DNA of 60,758 nt, from the NCBI GenBank assembly GCA_945870455.1, contig CAMBSL010000001.1:1-60758 (forward strand), written 5' to 3'. A program made the translations under genes and the position numbers. Shown in pieces: positions 9,283-19,682 of the stretch; within the stretch, counting starts at the first letter, position 1, and every line of letters starts with the position of its first letter. This DNA is from Pirellula staleyi DSM 6068 (GTDB lineage: Bacteria > Planctomycetota > Planctomycetia > Pirellulales > Pirellulaceae). Below the pieces are notes generated by a model, which worked only from the letters and a program-made list of their open reading frames with translations, did not search any database and was not told where the DNA came from.

Positions 9283-10565
9283 ATGGGCAAATCAATCGCC
9301 GTCGGCTTCTTCGCGGTGCGGGAGTCACGCTTGCGCTACCGTTTCTGGACAGCCTGCGTTCGGTTTCAGCGAAGCAACCGGATGCAGAACGGCCGCGGCG
9401 GATGCTGTTGATCTCGAACAATCTTGGCGTGTTGCCCAAGCCGTTCTTTCCCGAGGGGACGGGACGAGACTACGCACTCTCGCCGTACCTCGCTGATCTG
9501 GCCGAGTTCCGCGATGACTTCACGGTGATCAGTGGCCTCTCACATCCTGATGTAGACGGTGGTCACAGCACGGAAAACTGCTTTCTCACCGCAACGCGTG
9601 GTCCGACCAAGAGCGGCTTTCGCAATACGATCTCGGTCGATCAATTTGCCGCTGAACGGCTTGGCCCGGTGACTCGGTTTCCCACGCTCAACCTGGGCGT
9701 GAACATCGACAAGGCGAACCGCAGTCTTTCCTGGACGCGCGACGGCGTCTTGCTGCCCGCCGAAGATAGTGCCTCTACTCTGTTCCGCAAGATGTTCGTC
9801 CAGGGCGATCAGGCTGCAGTCGAGCGCCAGCTCCATCAACTTGACGAACGAGGCAGCATTCTCGATACGCTGCTGGATGACACGCGGCAGTTCCGCAGCA
9901 ACCTTGGTCGCGACGATCAAGCACGGCTCGACCAGTACCTCACATCCATCCGCGAAATCGAAGAGCGACTGCAGACCGCTCGTCAGTGGGAACTGCATAC
10001 GAAACCGACAACCGATCAGCAACCACCGGATGACATTCGCGACCAGAAGTTGTTCTTCGAGAAGTTCGACCTGATGCTGTCGATGGCGCGGCTGGCGCTG
10101 GAGTCGGATTCGACGCGGATTGTCACGCTGATGGTCGATGCCTTTGCGACTCCGGTCTTCAAACTGCATCCCGATCAGAACACGACCGATGGCTACCACA
10201 ATCTTAGCCATCATGGTCAGTCAGAATCGAAGGTCCAACAACTCATCGACGCCGATCACCGACAAATGACGCTGCTCCGAAAGCTGTTCGGACAGCTTGC
10301 CGAAACCCATGAAGGAGAAGAACGGTTGTTGGACCGCACGATGATCCTGTTCGGCAGCAACATGGGTGACGCCAACACGCACGACAACACGAACCTTCCG
10401 ATTCTGCTCGCTGGAGGCGGCTTCCAGCACGGCCAGCACCTCGCCTTCCGACGGGATCACAACAAACCGCTGTGCAACCTTTTCGTCACGATGCTGCAGC
10501 ACCTTGGCATCGAGGAAGACACGTTTGGCAGCAGCACTGGCACATTGAACGAGTTGAATTCATGA
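9234..10565 (+). CDS. DUF1552 (HXXSHH) domain protein
   Basis: INRRRLLRGAGVTLALPFLDS, YHNLSHHG, HDNTNLPILLAGG. Confidence 0.92.
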   Translation: MMLVRNEERRPRKAVLHGQINRRRLLRGAGVTLALPFLDSLRSVSAKQPDAERPRRMLLISNNLGVLPKPFFPEGTGRDYALSPYLADLAEFRDDFTVISGLSHPDVDGGHSTENCFLTATRGPTKSGFRNTISVDQFAAERLGPVTRFPTLNLGVNIDKANRSLSWTRDGVLLPAEDSASTLFRKMFVQGDQAAVERQLHQLDERGSILDTLLDDTRQFRSNLGRDDQARLDQYLTSIREIEERLQTARQWELHTKPTTDQQPPDDIRDQKLFFEKFDLMLSMARLALESDSTRIVTLMVDAFATPVFKLHPDQNTTDGYHNLSHHGQSESKVQQLIDADHRQMTLLRKLFGQLAETHEGEERLLDRTMILFGSNMGDANTHDNTNLPILLAGGGFQHGQHLAFRRDHNKPLCNLFVTMLQHLGIEEDTFGSSTGTLNELNS

Positions 10566-12415
10566 TACACCTCACCGTCGAAAACAGGATTGATGATTGT
10601 CGATTGAGGTTTGCTGATTTCCGAAGTACAGGTGCTCGCTGTGTCGGGCGTTGGCAACTACGGCCCTTGCCCCATCGCCAATCAAAGATCAGAAATCAAC
10701 AATCATCCATCACTCCAACTGCCGCGAATCGGCCCAGGTCTTCCAATTCGTCTCAAAAGACATGTAACTTGATGTTCTTCATCGCCTTGCTGCTTGCACC
10801 GATCGATGTGATTCAGGCTCAAGACGCTATCCCTGGAAATACCGACCGATCCACCATCGCGGCTCTCTTTGCAAAAGGGGCGGACCATGGCGGCACGGTG
10901 ACGATTCCTCCAGGTGACTATTACCTCGACGGTACTGAACCAATTCCGCTGGCTTCACGCACCACCGTGTTTGCGTATGGAACGCGGTTTCATCTGCCTG
11001 AGAAGCTCGGTGATCAGGCTCGGGCGGTTGTCTTCGCTGGTGAGAACGTGAGCGACTTTCGCTGGTTTGGTGGTCACTTTGTCGGACGTGTGTTTGACCC
11101 GGACAGGACAGACAATTCATGGGAACCGAACGCGAACACCCGAGGCATCCTGATCACCACCACTTCCGGCGGCGAAACTGCCAACCTGACCTTTCGCGAT
11201 GTTAGTTCGGATAGCATGGCCGGCGCGGTCATCACGGTTCTAGGCGCTGCGAAGCCGGGCAGTGATCGACAGATCGACACTTATGCCCGCAACGTGACCG
11301 TAGAGAACTGCACGCTTGAGCGCAGTGGCAAGTTCATGTGGGACTACGGTTATCTCTGGCAGATCACCGTCTGGCCAGAAGATTACAACGAAGCCGAACG
11401 GGCGCTCGCCGCGAAATATTTCCCGCCGGAATATATCCGCGGACCGGTTCGAATGAAGCAGGGTGACGACCGCGTCTACTTCGTCAATGCGAAACCCCTC
11501 CCAATGTCGGAGCGAGATTATCGGGGACAGCAATCGCTTTGTTTCTACGATGATGATCTTCCGTCGAACATTGTCAGAGGCCGGCAGTATTTCATTGTGG
11601 CGAGCGAACCTGAATGCATCCGTATTGCGGACCAGCCAGGCGGCACGCCGATCCAGTTCGCCAGCGACTCCGGGGTAAACTCAAAGCTGATGGTTCCGTT
11701 GTTTAATGCTCACCTTGCACTTTACGCGCCGAAGGGAAGCGGACCGGGCAAAGGTGCACTGGACCTTGTTGGCTGCGAGGCTGTGATTGTGCGAGGCTGT
11801 CGGCTCAGCGCGCTCGGCGACACGATGCACATTCAAAAAAGCCAGAACATTGTCTTCAGTGGCAATCACATCACCGGCTCGCGGATGGGTGCGTTTTTTC
11901 TGGCCGAGTACTGTCGCAACGCGGTCGTGACCGGCAACACTGTCGATGGCACCAACGGCTCGCGGGTGATCAGCGTTGAGAAGTCCTGCGAAGATGTGAC
12001 CATCGTTGGCAACACCTTCCGCAATGGCGGCCGGGGTTCGTGGATCAATCAGCCGAGAAACTTTGTGCTGGCGGACAACATCTTTGTCAACAACACGACC
12101 AAGTGCGAACATGACCCGCGTCGCGGACGACGCAGCTTTGTCACCGGCGACTATGAAGAATATGCGGAACTCTATTTCACGACTCACGAACCAAACGGTC
12201 GCTACGGCAACGTCACGGTTCGCGGCAATATCTTCAGCAGCGGCGACAAGGCCTCGCACGCCATCACCTTCGCCCCCGGCGGCGACACGCTGCTCCTGAC
12301 CGACAACATCTTTCGGGGCAAGGTCCGCACCATCGCGCCGGCCACCGGCTGCACGAACGTTACGGTCCGCCAAAACGTGGGCGCGATATTTATGAACGAA
12401 ATGAACTCACCATGA
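10562..12415 (+). CDS. Right-handed parallel beta-helix (pectin-lyase-like) protein; start 10562 (ATGA overlap) or about 10772
   Basis: GGTVTIPPGDY, repeated IVFSGNHI/VVTGNTV/TIVGNTF/VLADNIF PbH1-like strands, signal-like MFFIALLLAPIDVIQA. Confidence 0.82.
   Translation: MIHLTVENRIDDCRLRFADFRSTGARCVGRWQLRPLPHRQSKIRNQQSSITPTAANRPRSSNSSQKTCNLMFFIALLLAPIDVIQAQDAIPGNTDRSTIAALFAKGADHGGTVTIPPGDYYLDGTEPIPLASRTTVFAYGTRFHLPEKLGDQARAVVFAGENVSDFRWFGGHFVGRVFDPDRTDNSWEPNANTRGILITTTSGGETANLTFRDVSSDSMAGAVITVLGAAKPGSDRQIDTYARNVTVENCTLERSGKFMWDYGYLWQITVWPEDYNEAERALAAKYFPPEYIRGPVRMKQGDDRVYFVNAKPLPMSERDYRGQQSLCFYDDDLPSNIVRGRQYFIVASEPECIRIADQPGGTPIQFASDSGVNSKLMVPLFNAHLALYAPKGSGPGKGALDLVGCEAVIVRGCRLSALGDTMHIQKSQNIVFSGNHITGSRMGAFFLAEYCRNAVVTGNTVDGTNGSRVISVEKSCEDVTIVGNTFRNGGRGSWINQPRNFVLADNIFVNNTTKCEHDPRRGRRSFVTGDYEEYAELYFTTHEPNGRYGNVTVRGNIFSSGDKASHAITFAPGGDTLLLTDNIFRGKVRTIAPATGCTNVTVRQNVGAIFMNEMNSP
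10588..10714. repeat. Inverted heptamer-repeat element, GATTGNN/NAATCNN family
   Basis: Left arm GATTGAT GATTGTC GATTGAG GTTTGCT GATTTCC. Right arm CATCGCC AATCAAA GATCAGA AATCAAC AATCATC CATCACT. The frame stays open through it. Confidence 0.82.
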
Positions 12416-12760
12416 ACGGCCACTGAGCAACTCGTATCGAGTCATGCTGGACATAGCGAATTGGCCATGTTGCTTCAGCTAGTTGGTGGCATGCTGAACG
12501 ACATTAGCATTTTTCTGCTTCCGAACTTCGTTCAGCCTGTCGGTGTCGAGCAGTGCGGCTTGCATGCGGTTAGTCGGTCGTCCGCGTCAGGTTTGCTCGT
12601 TGCAATGCAGTTTGCTCGACGGCCTCGACTTGCTTGTCGATGAGTCCAGCGTAGGTCTGACAAAATTGTGTGACCGAATTTCTCATATACGGAATGTGGG
12701 TGAATCACTTGTAAGGTAAAATTGTTGGAAAGTTCAGATTGGTAATCATTGGAGATCTAA

Positions 12761-14083
12761 ATGTCGAATTCATCGCTATCTCGAAGAACCTTCATCGCAT
12801 CGACGCTGGCAGGAGGCTCGGTGCTGGGCACATCGTTGCCGGGAGTTTTCTTATCGCCTCAAACGGCAGTGGGACAGGATAAGCCTCCTCAAAAGGTCGA
12901 ACGCATCGGCATTGGTGCGATTGGCCTGCGATACCAGGGGAGTGTGATTGCGAATAAAGCGCAGTTGTACGGTGATATCGTTGCCGTCTGTGATGTTGAT
13001 CGCAACGTCCGCGATCAGGCAAAGGCTGCCTTTGGAAGTACCCCACATAGCAGCGAAGACTACCGCGAGTTGCTCGCTCGCAAAGATGTCGATGTCGTCA
13101 CGATTGGTAGTCCCGATCATTGGCATACCAAAATGGTGATCGACGCATGCCGTGCCGGTAAAGATGTCTACTGTGAAAAGCCACTGACGCTGACCATTGA
13201 TGAGGGTAAACTGCTAACGAGGGTCGTGAAAGAAACCGGACGTGTGGTGCAAGTCGGTTCCTGGCAGCGCAGCGACGATCGCTTTCGGCTCGCCGTCGAA
13301 ATGGTCCGGTCGGGCCGCATTGGTAAGCTTCAAAAGGTAGATGTCGTGCTTGGCAAGAATGGCACAAGCGGTTCGCTCGTGCCTCGTAATCCCCCGACGC
13401 ATCTCAATTGGAACTTGTGGCAGGGGCAAACTCCGAATGTACCCTACATTGAGGAACGCTCGCACTACACCTTTCGATGGTGGTACGAGTACTCGGGAGG
13501 CCAGATGACTGACTGGGGAGCTCACCACATCGATATCGCACAGTGGGCAATCGATTCGTATCCAGTCGAAATCAACGGAGCAGCAACAATGCCAACCGTC
13601 GCTAATGGCTACAACGTCGCGATCGATTTCAACGTCACCTACAAGTATGCCAATGGGGTGATGATGACAGTCGGTGACACCGGCGATAACGGGATACTCT
13701 TCACCGGCGATGCTGGTCGATTGTTCGTCAATCGAGGAAAGATCGCCGGTGCACCCGTCGACGCGTTAAAAACGAATCCACTGAGTCGCGAAGATTGGAA
13801 GGTCTACGACTACGACAACCTGGAGCGACCGCCACGAGCCGGCAAGCTCGATGCAATCGTCAATCACATGGGCAATTTTTTCGATTGCGTGCAATCGCGC
13901 CGAACGCCGGTTTCGGATGTCGTGGGTTCACATCGTACCGTGTCGACGTGCCACCTGGGAAACATCTCGATGCGTTTAGGTCGCCCGCTGAAATGGGAGC
14001 CAAACCAGGAAGAGTTCATCGACGACAAAGAAGCGAACACTTGGCTAAAACGCGACCAACGCAAGGGCTTTGAAACTGTCTAG
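12761..14083 (+). CDS. Gfo/Idh/MocA family oxidoreductase, Tat-exported
   Basis: SRRTFI Tat motif, SPDHWH, GKDVYCEKPL, GGQMTDWGAHHID. Confidence 0.95.
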   Translation: MSNSSLSRRTFIASTLAGGSVLGTSLPGVFLSPQTAVGQDKPPQKVERIGIGAIGLRYQGSVIANKAQLYGDIVAVCDVDRNVRDQAKAAFGSTPHSSEDYRELLARKDVDVVTIGSPDHWHTKMVIDACRAGKDVYCEKPLTLTIDEGKLLTRVVKETGRVVQVGSWQRSDDRFRLAVEMVRSGRIGKLQKVDVVLGKNGTSGSLVPRNPPTHLNWNLWQGQTPNVPYIEERSHYTFRWWYEYSGGQMTDWGAHHIDIAQWAIDSYPVEINGAATMPTVANGYNVAIDFNVTYKYANGVMMTVGDTGDNGILFTGDAGRLFVNRGKIAGAPVDALKTNPLSREDWKVYDYDNLERPPRAGKLDAIVNHMGNFFDCVQSRRTPVSDVVGSHRTVSTCHLGNISMRLGRPLKWEPNQEEFIDDKEANTWLKRDQRKGFETV

Positions 14084-14602
14084 TTAATGCCTATCCCGTC
14101 TATAACCTAACATCACTTAAAACACGAACTTATGGACCGCCGAAATCTCCTCGCTAGCACTGCAACGGGATCGATCGCGTTGATAGATGCAAATGGTAAA
14201 CCGTTAGCGGAAGATGTTGCCCTAGAAATCAATGAAGTAATCAGAGTGCCAAAATCAAAGGTTCTTATTGTGCGAATGAACCGTGCTTGAAAGATCGGCA
14301 CATGGTCAGCGGTCGCATCTATCACGACCGTGGCCATTTCTTTGGACCGTGGGGATACAGCAATGTGTCCCCACGCCCCATGCAAGAGGGGGAAGCAAAT
14401 GCGGACGGTTAACTCACCCGTTATGATAAGCAAGAAACACATTCTCATCCACCCGCGAAAAAAGAAGCACCGCAATAATCATCACATTCCTCAAATCTGA
14501 AATTTATTTGCTATTTATCCTTTACTTTTCAAACTCAAAAGGAACAATAATCGGTCGATCTAGATCACCACTGTCTTTCACTTACTGCTAGGGGAAATCG
14601 AG

Positions 14603-14995
14603 ATGCGAAATTTGGCACTGCTTTCTATTGTGTTAATGGCTTCCAGTTTTGTGACGCCTTTGGAATCTAAGTGCTTTGCGGACGAAGCAAATGTAGTTTC
14701 GCGGAGTTCGCCCGCAGGGACCCGCGGACAAACCGTAGGTTGGAGTGTGAAGGTCACGGCGAACGGTGTATCCCTTCCAAACAGGACAGTAGTCTTTACT
14801 TGGACTTCGGATTTACGCAAAACCCCCCAAGCCATCTCATCTGCCACGACCGATGCGAATGGCATTGCGAAAATGACTTTCCAAATTCCAACGGATGCCA
14901 GACAAGATAATGTAATTCTGAACGCTAAACTTCAACCAGGATTTGGGATTCAGTTTTTTGGAGAACGAAGCATTCGAATTATGATATCCCGTTGA
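14603..14995 (+). CDS. Small secreted hypothetical protein, possibly Ig-like beta sandwich
   Basis: Signal peptide, LPNRTVVF and ATTDANGIAK motifs, GGGGA upstream. Confidence 0.6.
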   Translation: MRNLALLSIVLMASSFVTPLESKCFADEANVVSRSSPAGTRGQTVGWSVKVTANGVSLPNRTVVFTWTSDLRKTPQAISSATTDANGIAKMTFQIPTDARQDNVILNAKLQPGFGIQFFGERSIRIMISR

Positions 14996-15041
14996 AATTC
15001 TCGGTGCCGCCCTCAGGGAGTGTCAGAGTGTTATTCTGCCA

Positions 15042-16016
15042 TCAAACCAATCCGCGGATATGCTCTTGGATCGAGCTTTCGTAGATTGCGGCAAGCTGTC
15101 TGTGTGTTTCTTTCGAAAGCCTCGGCAATTCGGATACTGCGGTGTTGGCCAAAACTTGAGAGGGCTGCGATGCGCCGGTGATGACGGTCGATACCGCGTC
15201 GTGGTCGAGAATCCAACGCTGCGAGAACTGCGCCATCGTCATGCCTTCGGGTACAAAAGCCTTGATGAGCTCTGCCAACTCCGCACCCTTTGCCAGTGGC
15301 AATCCGGCGAACGTCTCACCCACGTTGAACGCGTTTCCGTCCGCGTTGTAGTTGCGATGATCGTCCTTGGCAAACTTCGTTTCTCGCGTGAACTTCCCTG
15401 CCAGTAGACCACTAGCCAACGGCAGTCGCACAATGATGCCGACATTTTGGGCCATCGCTTTGTCGAATAAGCTGTGGATCGGCTTCTGACGGAAAATGTT
15501 GAAAATGATTTGCAACGATGTCAGGCCCGGTTGCTCCAGGATCATCAGAGCCTCATCTATCGACTCGACACTGGCACCAAAGTTTTTGATCAATCCCTCC
15601 TGCTTGAATGTTCGAAGATAATCGAACACCTCGCCTGACGCCATCACGCCCTTTGGAATGCAATGGAGTTGCACGAGATCCAAAGCGTCGACGCCCAATC
15701 GCCGACGGCAATCATGAATGTGTTGACGCATCGTGTCGGTTGTGTACGGTCCAGGGTAGTTTTGACGCCCAATTTTTGTGGCAACAAACACGTCTTCTTG
15801 CCGGCCTCTGAGGAATTTGGCGATCAGCGTTTCGGATCGCCCCGCGCCGTAAACGTCTGCGGTATCGAAAAACGTAACACCATGGTCGACTGCCGTTTCC
15901 AAAATGGACAGTGCCTCGTTGTCGCTGACGTGCCCCCAGTCTGCGCCCAACTGCCAGCAGCCAAGACCAATTTCAGAGACGGCTCTCCCCGTATTGACGA
16001 AGTTTCTTGTTTTCAT
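15042..16016 (-). CDS. Aldo/keto reductase
   Basis: SEIGLGCWQLG, FFDTADVYGAGRSE, VATK, LDLVQLH, PLASGLL. Start taken at MKTRNF. Confidence 0.95.
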   Translation of the reverse strand: MKTRNFVNTGRAVSEIGLGCWQLGADWGHVSDNEALSILETAVDHGVTFFDTADVYGAGRSETLIAKFLRGRQEDVFVATKIGRQNYPGPYTTDTMRQHIHDCRRRLGVDALDLVQLHCIPKGVMASGEVFDYLRTFKQEGLIKNFGASVESIDEALMILEQPGLTSLQIIFNIFRQKPIHSLFDKAMAQNVGIIVRLPLASGLLAGKFTRETKFAKDDHRNYNADGNAFNVGETFAGLPLAKGAELAELIKAFVPEGMTMAQFSQRWILDHDAVSTVITGASQPSQVLANTAVSELPRLSKETHRQLAAIYESSIQEHIRGLV

Positions 16017-16038
16017 TGTTGTTGTTGTCAATGCGGAT

Positions 16039-18372
16039 TTAGGGAATGAAGTGAATGGAATCGATTTGAAAGCGATAGTCTTGCTGGGAATTTTCTCCAT
16101 GTTCGTCGATGGCAATCCCCAATTCATCCAGCGTCCATGGGAGCATCGCTTCCGTGACGGCACTTTCGATTGCAAACCGCTGTTGAGGCGAGGACTGAGT
16201 CACTAGATTAGCTTGAATCTGCTTCTTCGATGGGTTGGTAGTTAATTCAAAGCGATAGGGAGTTTCGGGGCGTAGGGAGTCATGCTGCACGACTGGGAAT
16301 CTGTGGACTTTTCCTTGCGCGGCCAGCACCAGCTCCACCTTTTCTGGACTTGAAATTCGAAGAGCGAGCGAGTGTTCGTCTAATGGCAAATCACTTTGAA
16401 AAAAGCCTATGATCATGGGGTTTCGCTGGTTGTCGCCGAAGGATTGGATGTGGAAGTCCACTGCGAAGGTGAAGGCTTTACACGTGTCCGTTGGATCGAC
16501 GGCGCGTACGTAACGACGGCGTTGATGGATCAGCTTCCTTGAGCTCTCGCCCGTAATCTTCAGGCACTTCGTCCGCTTATCCCAGCCGTAGGGAACGGTC
16601 GACGGATCCATGATGGCCGCTTCATCCGCGGGAGCTGCCTTGCGACCGATGCTTAGCATGTCAAAGTCGAAGTACCAACCGCGCGCCAGCGGATCCGAAT
16701 CGAATGGCTCGTCGAACGTCGAAACGGTCGACTTCGGTGTGTTCCAAGTTTGATTACTTAGCGAAGCGAGAAATGGATTCACTTCGATTCTATCAGGTTG
16801 GCCATACTTGGTATGTTCGCACCAAACCCAAACATATTCGTCGCTGGCAACAAGTGCTAACGGTAGATTGGACCACAAGGATGCCTTGGTTCCGTTGGGC
16901 CATCCCGGAGGCGTGTTCCATGGGTGATCCTCGACCCATGCTGCCATACCGACTTTGACAAACGCGTCATACTTGGCTGGATCGTTGCTCAACGAGCGCC
17001 AGCTTCGAATTTCAGCTCGTGCAGTCGAGTATCGGTTTCGGTCGCCCGGAAAGCCGTCTTTCGTTGCATAGGTGTGCGTCGTTCCGGGGGCATGACCAAA
17101 ATAGAATGTGTTTTCATGTCCATGAATGATCTCAGCGGGTGATTGAATTCCCTCCAGTACACCATCGAGGAAAGGAATGACTCCGCTCAGTGGCCCGTAG
17201 CTGTTGGAATCGGGGGACCATGCGAACGTCGTCATGATTTTGACTTCGGGAAACTCGGCTTGGATTGCTTGAATCCATTGCTTGCCACGGCGGCGTAGAA
17301 CCTCGGGTGCATCTTTACCCAGCGGAAAAGGAAGACCCTGTGGCCGGTCCGGTTCGAACTCAGGTGTTCCCGATTGCGTTCGCCAGCGATACTGACTGTA
17401 CTGTTCGGTATCCAACCAAAGACCTTTCAACTTGCCTAGTCGACATAGACGCGCTGCTAGGGCGGCGTTGTGCTGAATCGCTTCCCAGTCGTGATCATCC
17501 GCCAGGTTGGGTGATTGCAGTCCACGCGCTCCATCCACCATTCCAAAGATCAGGAAGTTGTCTGTTAGATTGCCGCGACGCATTCTCTGCAGATCGGCCA
17601 GAGTTTGTGCGACCGCCTCGTCGGGGATTTTGACGGTATTCCATAGCAACTCGTGAAGGAAGACGGGTCGCAGTGGCATTCCCAGTTTCGTCAGGCCGAG
17701 TGAATCGACCCACTTGTGTGACAATACGGCTGGGAGAACGATTCCATCGAACGGATAACTCGCGTTGAACTCAGGATGCTCGGCGATGAATTGCGGAGTA
17801 ATCGCTGTCCCAGCGCCATTGACCGTATAGAGACCTCCACCGATGAACTTTTTGTTGCGCAGTTCACGTGGCTGTGCCCAAAGTTCACCTGGCATTTCGT
17901 CAAACGCTTCGATGCGGATCCAGGCCAACTCGATCGAGCCCTCATCGAAACTTGGGTCGAGTCGGAATCGCGCGCGAGGAGCGAGCGTAGGAAGCCAAAC
18001 GCGATACTCGTGCCACTGTCCATCGTTCTCAATCACAAACGTGCGGCTGCGTTCTTCCGAAAAGGGTTGGCGAAAATAGATTTGCCCTACAGAGCCAGCT
18101 CGTGAAAGCATGCGAACGGTAATGCAAACCACCTTTCCGGCTGGGCAAGCCATCTGTGGACTCGTCAGGAACGGATCCGGGGCTTGCAACTCCATCGACA
18201 CTCCATTTGCACTATGCTGCAGGTTGCGTAGTTGTGGGTTCGGAGTCCAGCTATCCATTCCTTTGCTGAACTCCCAGAAACCGATTGTTTCGCCCCCGTG
18301 AAGACCTTCACCGACCAACATCCACATGAAATAGAGAATGCAGTAAAACCAAGAACGATCGAGGGTTGGCAT
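16039..18372 (-). CDS. Secreted multidomain hypothetical protein (N-terminal CBM-like module, probable TIM-barrel core)
   Basis: Long ORF with a signal-like N-terminus. The N-terminal module resembles the insert in the 45533 gene. Core motifs PFDGIVL and GLWLDTEQY. Confidence 0.7.
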   Translation of the reverse strand: MPTLDRSWFYCILYFMWMLVGEGLHGGETIGFWEFSKGMDSWTPNPQLRNLQHSANGVSMELQAPDPFLTSPQMACPAGKVVCITVRMLSRAGSVGQIYFRQPFSEERSRTFVIENDGQWHEYRVWLPTLAPRARFRLDPSFDEGSIELAWIRIEAFDEMPGELWAQPRELRNKKFIGGGLYTVNGAGTAITPQFIAEHPEFNASYPFDGIVLPAVLSHKWVDSLGLTKLGMPLRPVFLHELLWNTVKIPDEAVAQTLADLQRMRRGNLTDNFLIFGMVDGARGLQSPNLADDHDWEAIQHNAALAARLCRLGKLKGLWLDTEQYSQYRWRTQSGTPEFEPDRPQGLPFPLGKDAPEVLRRRGKQWIQAIQAEFPEVKIMTTFAWSPDSNSYGPLSGVIPFLDGVLEGIQSPAEIIHGHENTFYFGHAPGTTHTYATKDGFPGDRNRYSTARAEIRSWRSLSNDPAKYDAFVKVGMAAWVEDHPWNTPPGWPNGTKASLWSNLPLALVASDEYVWVWCEHTKYGQPDRIEVNPFLASLSNQTWNTPKSTVSTFDEPFDSDPLARGWYFDFDMLSIGRKAAPADEAAIMDPSTVPYGWDKRTKCLKITGESSRKLIHQRRRYVRAVDPTDTCKAFTFAVDFHIQSFGDNQRNPMIIGFFQSDLPLDEHSLALRISSPEKVELVLAAQGKVHRFPVVQHDSLRPETPYRFELTTNPSKKQIQANLVTQSSPQQRFAIESAVTEAMLPWTLDELGIAIDEHGENSQQDYRFQIDSIHFIP

Positions 18373-18560
18373 GGATGAAGCTCTTGGAGGAATCGAATTG
18401 CAATGGTACGTTAGATCACAACAGTATAACTCGGCAGCCGTTTTCAAGTTCGCGTAAAATTACAGTGGACGACCTCCGAAGGTGCCAAAGGCCGCGATCG
18501 CTACCGTGAACTTTTTCTCTCAGACCACTCACGCTTCACTTTCATCACCATGGCAACACG

Positions 18561-19679
18561 ATGATGTCGCTTTATACAACCCTGATTCGTCCATGGCTCT
18601 TCACGCTTGATGCGGAAACGGCGCATCATGGGACGGTTGAGGCGTGTCGCATCGCAGGGGCGCTACCGTGGATGCCGCAGATCACCCGGGCCTGTTTGGA
18701 GTTCACTGCACCGGAATTGCAGTGCAAGGTCGCGGGGCTGAGGTTTGATCACCCTATCGGTCTCGCGGCAGGTTGGGACAAGAGCGCACGCGCCTTGCGA
18801 ATGCTGGATCACCTTGGCTTCGCCTTTGCTGAAATCGGTTCCATCTCCGCAAAGCCATCGCAGGGAAATCCGCAGCCGCGTCTGTTCCGGCTGCCGCGTG
18901 ATCGGGCCATCATCGTAAACTATGGTCTGCCCAACGACGGCGCGGAGGCTATCTCGCTTCGGCTAGCTGCCTACCGAACACGAGTGCCGCTCGGAGTGAA
19001 CATCGTTAAAACCAACTTGGGCCCCAGTGCTCCCGCGTGCAGTGATGATGCCATTCTCGCCGACTACGAACGCAGCGTCTCACTGGTGCATCGCCATGCC
19101 GACTATCTCATGCTCAACCTGAGCTGTCCCAATGCTGCCGGTGGGAAGGACTTCTTTGCCCAGCCCGGCAACATCACCCGCCTGCTGCAGCAACTGAAAC
19201 CGCTCGATCTGACCTGCCCAGTGTTTTTGAAAGTCGCCCCAGGTGATGATGCGGCGGAACACGAACGCCTCCTTTTGGAAGTGGACGCCTTCGACTTCGT
19301 GCGCGGTTTCTCCTTCAATCTCCCGCCCGGTAAACCTGCCACCCTGCGCCTCACCACACCGCGCAGTGCATGGGAGCAGCTTCCCGGTGCCGTGGCTGGC
19401 AAACCGGTCGAAGACTTGATCAACCGCTGCATCGCCGGCCTAGCCACGCGGATTAACCGCCAGCGTCATGTCATCATCGGTACCGGTGGCGTCTTCACGG
19501 CAGCGGATGCCTACCGCAAACTTCGCCTCGGCGCCTCGCTAGTGCAAATCTACACGGCCCTCATCTATGAAGGCCCCGGCGTCATTGCACAGATAAACCG
19601 AGGGCTTTGCAGCCTGCTCTTGAAGGATGGGTTTAGGAATGTGAACGAGGCCGTCGGTGCAGATCTCCACCATGCATAA
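18561..19679 (+). CDS. pyrD: Dihydroorotate dehydrogenase, quinone-dependent (class 2) type
   Basis: LIRPWLFTLDAETAH, PIGLAAGWDK, GNPQPRLFRL, NLSCPN, IIGTGGV, GASLVQIYTALIYEGP. Confidence 0.9.
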   Translation: MMSLYTTLIRPWLFTLDAETAHHGTVEACRIAGALPWMPQITRACLEFTAPELQCKVAGLRFDHPIGLAAGWDKSARALRMLDHLGFAFAEIGSISAKPSQGNPQPRLFRLPRDRAIIVNYGLPNDGAEAISLRLAAYRTRVPLGVNIVKTNLGPSAPACSDDAILADYERSVSLVHRHADYLMLNLSCPNAAGGKDFFAQPGNITRLLQQLKPLDLTCPVFLKVAPGDDAAEHERLLLEVDAFDFVRGFSFNLPPGKPATLRLTTPRSAWEQLPGAVAGKPVEDLINRCIAGLATRINRQRHVIIGTGGVFTAADAYRKLRLGASLVQIYTALIYEGPGVIAQINRGLCSLLLKDGFRNVNEAVGADLHHA

Positions 19680-19682
19680 TTC

